Shown here one piece after another: positions 54,910 through 64,000 of a stretch of DNA of 64,000 nucleotides. Below the pieces are notes generated by a model, which saw nothing but the letters and a program-made list of their open reading frames with translations, did no database searches and had not been told where the DNA came from. Position 1 is the first letter of the stretch; each line of letters starts with the position of its first letter. The stretch is from the human T2T-CHM13v2.0 reference genome, Homo sapiens. The stretch lies in the NCBI RefSeq assembly GCF_009914755.1, contig NC_060928.1. One strand, 5' to 3'. A program made the position numbers and the translations under genes.

Positions 54910-55400
54910 TGTGTTAAGCAGGACTTTGGTGGCAGGTCACAGAAACCCCACTCCAACTAGCTGAAGTGAAAAATGGGAATTCCTAAGCTCACAGAACCAG
55001 AATGTCCAGGGGGCTGGCTTCAGGCATGACTGGCTCCAGGCGTTCTAACATAGGCACCAGGCTTGGTTCCTTGTCTGTCTCCATCTCTGGGTTCTGTTTT
55101 CACTGCATGTTGGCTTCCTTCTCAGGCAGTCCTCCCAGGTCCTGGTCCATGGGAAACAGGCTAAAGAGAGTTGCTGTTTGTCCCTGCTCCTGAGGGAAGC
55201 CAGAGCTGAGGCCCCCTGGCCTACTTGGGTCACATGCCCACACAAACCCATCATGTTGGCCAGGGAGCTGAAACGCTTCCATTGCCTGGCTAGGCCCACA
55301 CACCCAACCCTGCAGCCAGGGCGAGGAGTTTCGTCTCCAGATGAAGATCAAGAGCTGTTACTGGAAGAAGAGAGTGCAGGTTCTGGGCAGGAGCCCATGG
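54910..55400 (-). mobile_element. MLT1K-like ancient LTR
   Basis: caggacttt...acagaaacccc...ctggcttcaggcatgactggctccagg. Confidence 0.6.
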
Positions 55401-56707
55401 AGGGCAGGGTGAGGAGTTGGAGGAGGGCTTAGCAGCAGTCTTGAACCTCTTCTGGTCTCGTCATTGGGGGGTCATCTGCCCACCTGGGGGGAACAACCCG
55501 TGGCCATTGGACAATACCCTTCCCACCTTGTGCTGCCCGGGTCTTCAGAGGTGTCAGCTCTGGGCGGTGTGACTTCTACTGGAAAAGGTGGCAGAGCCAC
55601 TGCCATTCATGTGGCAGGGCCACACCCATCCCCTCCTTCTGCTTTTATGGTTTGCTGTCCATAAATCCCCAATCCTCAGAACTGCTTAAGCCATATCCAC
55701 AATAATCTGGCTCATGAGTAAACACAACCCCTGGCATGTGGTCCCACCGCCATCTCGCCTGTGGGCTGTGGCACCTCCTCCATGGGTGCTTGTGCCATTT
55801 TTAGTCACTGTGCCCCATGGAGCCACTACAGTGACGGGTTATGGGATGAAGGGCACTGGGAGGCACAGAGGCAAGCTGTCTTGGGAGAGCTGGGACCTTT
55901 GTGTCCAGGGCATGGAGGGCAGCCTGGGGAGGGCTGGAGATGGCCCTATCACATGGTGTTGTGGACTGAAGGCAGTCAGGGAAATGGTGCAGACAGCAAA
56001 TGGTGCAGACCACCGATGGTGGTTGTCGTAGCCTTGGAGGTGGAGGTGCTCTGTGGCCACACTCATTCAGTGTTGATCTGAGTCTTCCAGTGCCCTCAAG
56101 CTTGCTGCCCCAATCTCAACCCAAATAAGTCAAGAACCGCTGTGTTAACTCAGGGACTGCTGGCATTGCAAGGACCTCGGGAGCCTGGCTGGGGTCTCAT
56201 TTTACAGATGAGAAAGCCGAGGCCCAGGAGGTGAGTGGGTTGGGCAGAGTTCTCCCCCTGGGAACAGCAGAGCTGGGTCTAGAGCCAGGTCTCAGTATTC
56301 TCAGGCCAGTCCCCTTTCCAGATGGAGACCTAGAGAGACTGGCCTCCCAAGGGCCCACCCCTGGAAAGGTACTTGGATGCCACGAGCCAGCTCTGGCTGT
56401 AGTGGACTCAGCCACATGTCTCCAGGAGCTGGGCTGGGCTGGAAGCTGGCTTCCTGGGGCTTTATTCCACGTCCCTGCCCCAGAGCTGTGAGGTTCCCTG
56501 CAGCGAGTGAGCCATGGGTACAGGTTGGGTCAGCTGGGAGTGTTTGTTTTTGTGCCTTTGCCTCCAGCCTCCAGGTCTGGGGTGTCTGTTTACAGGAATT
56601 GTGGGAGAGAAGGTGAGTCACAGTTGGGGCTCCTCTTGTCTTCCAAAAAGGAAGCCAGCCTTTGCTTGCAGCTCTCCTCACTGGGGACAGCTGGTGGGTG
56701 GGGAGGC

Positions 56708-57069
56708 TGCTGTGGCTTGAAACCCTCCTAAACTCAATGCTGAAATTTAACTGGCAATGTAACAGTATTGGGAGGTGGGACCTTGAAGAAGTGATTAGGT
56801 CATGAGCTCTCTGCCCTGGGGAATGGATTAATGCTGTTGTTTCAGGAGTGGGTTAGTTCTCATGGGAGTGGGATCCTGATGAGGGGATGAATTTCAGCTC
56901 CCCTTTTCCTCTTTCTCACCCTAGCCTTTCTGCCTCCCACCATAGGATCATCCTCACCAGATGCCAGTGCTGTGCTCTTGGACTTCCCAGCCTCCAGAAC
57001 CAAATAAACTTCTGTTCTTTATAAATGACTCAGTCTGTGGTATTCTGTTACAGAAAGAGGTCTAAGGCA
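56708..57069 (+). mobile_element. MST-like MaLR LTR
   Basis: tgctgtggcttg...aataaacttctgttctttataaat...ggtattctgtta...taaggca. Confidence 0.8.
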
Positions 57070-57490
57070 GAGGCTGGGCAGATTCATTCAACCCAGTGCC
57101 AAAATTCCACATGGCACTGACTGCGTGCAGGAAGGTTGCTAAGGAGTAGCCCTGGGATAGACTCACAGGATCTCAGTTCCCAGGGTGCTCATAGGTCACT
57201 GTGTTCCAGCTGGGATACCTCCAGTGATGGGAGGCTCACCCCTTGTAGAGACAGCACATTCCGGCATATCTGGTTTCTGCAGAGAGCCAGTGAGGTCAGC
57301 ACCTAGCTGAGGCTGTGGAAAGAAGGTGATGAAGCTGCCAGTGGGGCTGCTTTTCTGGTGGACACGGAGGACGCCTGTCTTTGCTGTTGGGTTTCCAGGC
57401 TGTAGGTCTGTTCTGCTCATGGACTTGAGGGACAGTGGGGTTGTGGGTGTGGTGCCAACTTTGCTTTATTCCAGGGTAATCTTTAGAAAG

Positions 57491-58789
57491 TGAGAGGTGA
57501 CAGCGTGCTGGCAGTCCTCACGGCCCTCGCTTGCTCTCGGTGCGTCCTCTGCCTGGGCTCCCACTTTGGCGGCACTTGAGGAGCCCTTCAGCCCACCGCT
57601 GCACTGTGGGAGCCCCTTCCTGGGCTGGCCAAGGCAGGAGCCCACTCCCTCAGCTTGCAGGGAGGTGTGGAGGGAGAGGCGCGAGCGGGAACCGGGGCTG
57701 TGTGTGGCGCTTGCGGGCCAGCTGGAGTTCCGGGTGGGCGTGGGCTTGGAGGGCCCTGCATTCCGAGCAGCAGGCCGGCCCTGCCGGCCCCGGGCAAGGA
57801 GGGACTTAGCACCCGGGCCAGCGGCTGTGGAGGGTGTACTGGGTCCCCCAGCAGTGCCAGCCCACCGGCGCTGCGCTCGATTTCTCACCGGGCCTTAGCT
57901 GCCTTTCCGCGGGGCAGGGCTCGGGACCTGCAGCCCGCCATGCCTGAGCCTTCCCCCGACTCCGTGGGTTCCTGTGCTGCCCGAGCCTCCCTGACGAGCG
58001 CCACCCCCTGCTCCACGGCTCCCAGTCCCATCGACCACCCAAGGGCTGAGGAGTGCGAGTGCATGGCGCCGGACTGGCAGGCAACTCCACCTGCAGCCCC
58101 GGTGCGGGATCCACTGGGTGAAGCCAGCTGGGCTCCTGAGTCTGGTGGGGACGTGGAGAATCTTTATGTCTAGCTCAGGGATTGTAAATACACCAATCGG
58201 CACTCTGTATCCAGCTCAAGGTTTGTAAACACACCAATCAGCACCCTGTGTCTAGCTCAGGGTTTGTGAGTGCACCAATGGACACTCTGTATCTAGCTGC
58301 TCTGGTGGGGTCTTGGAGAACCTGTGTGTCGAAACTGTGTATCTAACTAATCTGATGGGGACGTGGAGAACCTTTGTATCTAGCTCAGGGATTGTAAACG
58401 CACCAATCAGCACCCTGTCAAAACAGGCCACTCAGCTCTACCAATCAGCAGGATGTGGGTGGGGCCAGATAAGAGAATAAAAGCAGGCTGCCGGAGGCAG
58501 CAGTGGCAACCCGCTCGGGTCCCCTTCCACACTGTGGAAGCTTTGTTCTTTTGCTCTTTGCAATAAATCTTGCTACTGCTCACTCTTTGGGTCCACACTG
58601 CTTTTATGAGCTGTAACACTCACCACGAAGGTCTGCAGCTTCACTCCTGAAGCCAGAGAGACCACGAGCCCACGGGGAGGAACAAACAACTCCAGACGCG
58701 CCGCCTTAAGAACTGTGACACTCACCGCAAAGGTCTGCGGCTTCATTCTTGAAGTCAGTGAGACCAAGAACCCACCAATTCCGGACACA
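57491..58789 (+). mobile_element. LTR12C (HERV9) solo LTR, intact, sense to SORCS2
   Basis: Termini tgagaggtgacagcgtgctggc ... cccaccaattccggacaca; perfect AAAG TSD (57487-57490 / 58790-58793); five CCAAT boxes; AATAAAA TATA-like at 58476; AATAAA at 58562. Confidence 0.95.
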
Positions 58790-58934
58790 AAAGCAGCAGT
58801 GAGGGGAGGTGGGCTTGCCTTGTATGTGGGAATGGTGAGCTCCACCGCCCAGCCCAGCACTGCTCCACCTGGGGTCTTCAGTGGTAGACGTAGGGGTCCA
58901 TGGCCACAGACAATTCACTCAAGGCCACATCTTC

Positions 58935-59390
58935 TTGTTTTAATCCTGTGGCTGCTGTAACAAACTGCACAAACTCAGTGGCTTGAAGCAACACAGCTTC
59001 ATTGTCTTATGGTTCTGGAGGCCAGAAGTCCAAACTCAGTGGTGTGGGCTAAGGTCAAGGTGTCAGTGGGACTGGCTCCTTCAGGAGGCTCCAGGGGAGA
59101 TTGCCTGTCTTTGCCTTTTTCAACATCCAGAGGTGCCCACATGCCTTGCCTCATGCTCCTTACTCGCATCCCTCCAATCTCTGCCTTCGCGTCTCCTTCT
59201 CTGGCTCTGACCCTCCTGCCTCCCTCTTTTAAGGACCCTCCTAATGACTTTAGGGCCACCAGACAATATAGGCTCCTCTCCCTTCCCTAGAGCCTTAATC
59301 ACACCTGCAACGTTTCTACAAGGGAACCCATGCACAGGTTCTGGGATTTGGATGGGGATGTCTTCTTGGGGGCTGAGATCAGCCTGCCCT
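58935..59390 (-). mobile_element. MLT1D-like MaLR LTR
   Basis: ggctgctgtaacaaa...ttctggaggccagaagtcc...aaggtgtcag. Confidence 0.75.
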
Positions 59391-59459
59391 GCCCTCCAGC
59401 CGCAAAGCCAGTTGAGATGGTGGTTTCCATGGTTCCTCTCCCGGGGATGCAGAAGCGGA

Positions 59460-59614
59460 GTGACTCTTCCAATTCTCCGTCCGCACTGCGTGGCGGTTCC
59501 TGTGGCTCTTCTGATCCCCCATCCGCACTGCGTGGTGGTTCCCGTGGCTCTTCTGATCCCCCATCCGCACTGTGTGGCGGTTCCCGTGGCTCTTCCGATC
59601 CTCCAACCACACTA
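59460..59614 (+). repeat. 42-bp minisatellite, about 3.7 copies
   Basis: tccgcactg recurs at 59480, 59522 and 59564. Confidence 0.9.
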
Positions 59615-61750
59615 CAGCTGCGCTCCTTTGGATGCTTGGGTCTGGCCTCACTTCTTAGCCTAAAGTCTTTCAGAGCAAGTCCGGCCCTGCTCCATGGGGC
59701 TCCTCTTTCCCCTTCACCTACTCCATGCTGGCTGCTTGCTGCAGCCTGACCAGCCTCATTGGGTCCCCTCCTTGTCAGGTTCCTCCGCCCGGCCTGGAAC
59801 CTTCCATCTCACCCCCGCCTTTCTGGCGCTTGCCCCACTGCCACCCCTCCATGAGACCCGAGGACCCCGCAGCTTGCTGGTGCCCTGGCCCTCGGGCATC
59901 ACAGTGCTCAGTGATGTCTGTGGGGTGGATGAGTGGATGGATGAGTGGACACTGAGCTGCAGACAAAGGAACATTATTTTTAAAGCACATGTAACCAACT
60001 CGCCTGGCTCGTGGCCTCTGGGTCCATCCTGCCTGCTGGTTCCAGGGGCCAGAGCCTGCAGCAGGAGGCTCGCAGGCTACATGCTTTTACTTAGGATGAA
60101 GGTTTTAAAGCCACCTGGAAGCAAAATTTGGCAAAACTTCCACCACTCTCAAACCAGCAAATATTTACTGAGCATCTATGAGTGGAAGGCAGTTCCCCAG
60201 GGTCGGGCAGAGTGGTGCGGCCGCCACACCCTCCACAAAAATGCCCACAGCTGGGGCCTTCGGCTCTCCTTGACTCGTTATGTAGCTGTGTGTGGGGGTG
60301 TGTGACAACACGCACACACAAAGAGGAAAAGTCTCCAACTGTTAAATACAGCGTGAGGATGAAGCCACGTGGGAAGCCTGTGGGGTGAAGCTCCGACCTG
60401 TGGGAGCCGTGGGGACCTGAGCTGGGCTCATAGGGGCAAGGTTCTTGAAGGGATTGTGTATTTTTAGGGTGGCGAGGGTCGAGAGTCCAGGAGAGGGGAC
60501 AGCTGTGCTGGCCGGGGTCACAGTGCACGGTCCCAGGCTGCCTTTCCCACTGTGCAGCTGGGTGATGCTGGACAGGCCATTGCACCTCTGTGGCCGGGCT
60601 TCCCCAGGTATGCTGGCGGGGGGTGCTCTTCATGCATGTGCGTGAATGGCCAGGGTGGGCAGAGCTGCCGGATGGGTTGGGGGTCAGGAGGGGCCCTCCT
60701 GAAGCCAAAGTTTATCTTTGGAGGTTTCCGAGTGGGCGGACTTGGCCCGAGTAGAAGGTCAGATTAAGCAATTAGAGAAATCCCCAACGAGGAGATCCTG
60801 CATTCCTCACTGCACTTGGCCGGCTCACCTCCCATCCAGGCAGTTGTCACCTCCTATTTGTGCTGCGTAAATGGATTCTAATCGCCTTCTTCTCCTCGAT
60901 CACTTCAAGAATGGCCTCGGTAGCCATAAAGGAAATTAGTTTCAGGTGGAAGCCTTATTTTTACCGTGGCAGAGACCAAACTGTTAATTACCTGGAAATT
61001 GCATGAGGATTTTTGCCTGAAAAGTTTTTTTCTTGGGTTTAACTTTTCATAGATATTAATTATAGATATTGGCTTTAGCCCACTGAAATAATTCCTCTCT
61101 CAAGAGATTAAAGGCATTTAAAAAATGATTCCTTGAGAAGCCTACTGCATATTCTTTGTCTCTATTTATGCTCAGTGTATGGGATGGAAACAGGACATTG
61201 GGGATGTGAGCACGATTAGATGCCTTTTCTGCATTTAACTAAAGATTGATTCCAGACTACATGTGTGTTTTCAGATCTCTGAAGCCAGTGGGAATTTGAG
61301 GGCAAAGGGCAAGAAGGCAACCCTTCAATATCATAATGATGAATCCCAATAGGAATGTCAGGACTTGCCTCTATGATGCCCGTACTATGCCACCTTAGTT
61401 CATGTCTGGGAAATGCTGTGCTGTGGCTTTCCCAGCACACTCAAGATAAAACCCAAACTCTTTCTCTGGCCCTTTCTCATTCCACAGATCTTACTGCACT
61501 GCCCGTAGGCACTCTGCCCTGAAACACAGTGCTCCCGTGCACTCGGCCATGCTGTGTTCTTGTAGCTTCTGGAATATGCTACCTCAGAGCCCATGCCTGG
61601 GTGACTCCCTCTGCTTGGCATGCACAGCTGGCTCCTACTCATTTTGGGGACCACTATGTCTTTCTTCTCTGCACCACCTATGCCTCCTGCTTGTTTCCTT
61701 AATTATATTCTGCTAATTGGATTTAGCTGATCTTTTTGTCTATTTATGCT

Positions 61751-61776
61751 GTGTGTGTGTGTGTGTGTGTGTGTGT
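61751..61776. repeat. (GT)13 microsatellite
   Basis: Read directly. Confidence 0.95.
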
Positions 61777-62014
61777 CTGTTCGTGTCTATGAGAAATAAC
61801 AGCTTTCTGAAGGCAGAGACAATGTCAGACTTCAGGACCATGTTGAGTTTGAGGTAACCCATGCGACAGCCTGTGTCAATATCCCCCAAACCCAGACTCT
61901 GGGTTCTCTAACTTGGCTTTAGAATATCTGCTGTCTAGGCCGCATTCTAAGGAGCCTGGTTTAAGGGGTCTGGCCTGCAGCCTGGGCACCCAGATGATTC
62001 ACTGTCGAGGGCTG

Positions 62015-62381
62015 TGGATGAGTCCATTCTCACGCTGCTATAAGGACATACCTGAGACTAGGTAATTTATAAAGGAAAGAGGTTTAATTGACTCACAGTT
62101 TGGCATGGCTGGGGAGGCCTCAGGAAACTTACGATCATGGTGGAAGGGGAAGCAAGGCGACTTCTTCACAAGGCGGCAGGAAGAAGTACAGCAGGGGAAA
62201 TGCCAGATGCTTATAAAACCATCAGATCTCGTGAGAACTCACTCACTAATCCGAGAATAGCATGGGGGAAACCACCCCATGATCCAACCACTTCCCGCTG
62301 GGTCCCTCCCATGACACGTGGGGATCATGGGAACTACAATTCAAGATGAGATTTGGGTGGGGACACAGCCAAACCATATCA
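62015..62381 (-). mobile_element. THE1 (THE1C-like) solo LTR
   Basis: Ends gggacacagccaaaccatatca; perfect 5-bp TSD GGCTG (62010-62014 / 62382-62386). Confidence 0.92.
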
Positions 62382-63799
62382 GGCTGGGAATTTGGAGGGC
62401 CTGTGGGTGGCCCGCAGGGCAGGCAGGACCCTGATGTGCAGGGCACAGACCTTGCCCGCAGCAGCCGCACTGTGAGAGCCTCACACTTGCACCCCCGTCT
62501 TCTGCACCCGCGTGTTCCACCGTGATGACTCCATGTCGTTGTGAAAATAAAGGAGTGTTGGGTTTGCTGGATTTAAGAGGCCAGGAATTTGTGTCATGGA
62601 TTTCAGAACTAGTTCCACCAAGAGTACATACAGTTTAGAACAACAGCTGCCGACTGACCCCTCAAAGCAGAAGACTTGGTTTTACTGGAGTTGGGCTGAG
62701 ACTTCACATTCTGAGGCCTGAGCTGTCTGTGTGCTGGGCTGGTGGCAGGCAGCTCTGATGTGCGAGGCGGCCCTGCACTGAGGGAGCCAGCTGGGTGCCA
62801 TGGGGCCTAGTGAGGAGCTGTCCTCCTGGCCTCCCGAGGCATTAACCAAGGGTTGGGGGAGGGGGTGGGGGACGGCCACCCTCTCTCTAGTGTGTGGCAT
62901 GAATTGTTTACGGGTGAGCTCCTGCCACTGAGTGTGCAACATGGGGTCCAGGGGCCTCGTCTGAGTCTTCTCTGCACCCCACTACTGGATTCAAGGCATG
63001 GTGGAGTAATGGAAAGAAAAGGAATGAGTGGATGAAGTCCTGGCAGGGGGAGAAGGAAGATGCCATTCTCTTAATTCCTGATGCCAAGCAGGGCCAGATG
63101 GAGCCAGGGGCTTGCATGATTTTCAAGCTGATTTCTGGAAATATCTAGTAAGCATTGGTTTAGATGGGTGAGGTTGATTCAGGCAAGGGGCTGCTGTCTA
63201 GCTCAGAGGGAGGGGGGACAGTTGCTATTTCCCCAGTTTTGGAAAGTTCCATGTGTGGGGACCTGAATGCAGTGCTCGTGGCTCCCATTTCCGGCCCCGT
63301 TTTGCACGCTGTGGGGTGGCCTCGCCAGGTGCGTCCCACGTGTGAAACATGCCACTTTCCAGCTCCTTCCCAAGGCCAAGCTTGGTCACCGAGCAGTGGG
63401 AAGTGACTTGGGGATGAGTTTGCGAGAAATTTCCAGCACACCCCACGTTTAATTCCTTTTCTGTCTCCAGGTTGCCATAGAAAGAACATGATTAATTAAG
63501 CAGCACCCACACAGGTTGTTTAAAAAAGGAATGATTTTTCAAAACAAAGTAATGCCCCAGTGGTTTGTCAGAGAGAGAGAGGGAAGAAAGCTTTAATAAG
63601 CAGAATGCTGTTTAATAAATCATAATTATTTTTGTGGGCAAACATGTCAGCTCAGTGACGGCACCCAATTAAACATACAATCATGTTGACTTTGCCCTTC
63701 ATACTCACAGAGCCGACCATGCCCCTGTGGGTTGACAAGATGTCCCCAGGTTCTTGTGGGCAAATATTATCACCTTTCTTTCCCCTGAGTTTTTGATTT

Positions 63800-63975
63800 G
63801 ATGTCCTTGAGGAGTTATTCGCAGACTTTGGTGTGTGTCAGAATCTCCTGAGGACTTGTTGTAAAGGTGAGATGGGAGCTCGCTGCAAACATCCTGGTCC
63901 CACCAGACCCTGGGCCTACGGGTGGACCCAGTGTCTGTAGTTTGAATGAGCTCTCTGGGTATTACATGCATATGT
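63800..63975. mobile_element. MER5A-like MITE fragment
   Basis: gtgtcagaatctcctgaggacttgtt...ctggtccccaccagaccct. Confidence 0.5.
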
Positions 63976-64000
63976 CCCCAGGTGAGCCTTTTTCAGGCTG

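Noticed and set aside
57466-58203. 100-170 aa ORFs in LTR12C as retroviral genes
   Set aside because: This is a solo LTR with TSD on both sides and no gag/pol/env internal sequence. The GC-rich U3 region yields chance ORFs.
62100-62120. PRDM9 hotspot motif in the THE1 LTR
   Set aside because: The minus strand reads CCTCCCCAGCCAT, two mismatches from CCNCCNTNNCCNC. The DUX4-site region also looks degenerate.

Overview
This is mammalian DNA, almost certainly human (primate AluJ/S/Y, LTR12C and THE1 elements), with no prokaryotic features. I recognise one gene: exon 1 of SORCS2 (VPS10-domain receptor, + strand). Its ATG is at 35200 and its splice donor is AGC|gtaagt at 35679/35680, giving 160 codons and a phase-0 intron. 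The exon lies in a CpG island at about 34.9-36.3 kb. Bases 1-34.9 kb are upstream intergenic DNA: about 15 Alus, a decayed ~7.7 kb antisense L1, MaLR/ERV LTRs, L2/MIR fossils, a 67-bp higher-order VNTR and retrotransposon-tail microsatellites. Bases 35680-64000 are the start of intron 1; exon 2 is outside the window. Almost all other ORFs in the track are artefacts of repeats or GC content. I see no new multi-gene system. The best testable hypothesis is an intact sense-oriented LTR12C (57491-58789) followed 43 nt later by ATG|GTGAGC, an in-phase start plus donor that could form an alternative first exon for a signal-peptide-less SORCS2. Other leads are a TCT/5'TOP-like start motif, a motif-dense dimeric VNTR, a 95-bp Alu-derived triplication and small local templated duplications and inversions. 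Repeat subfamily names come from recalled consensus sequences and should be confirmed with RepeatMasker/Dfam.
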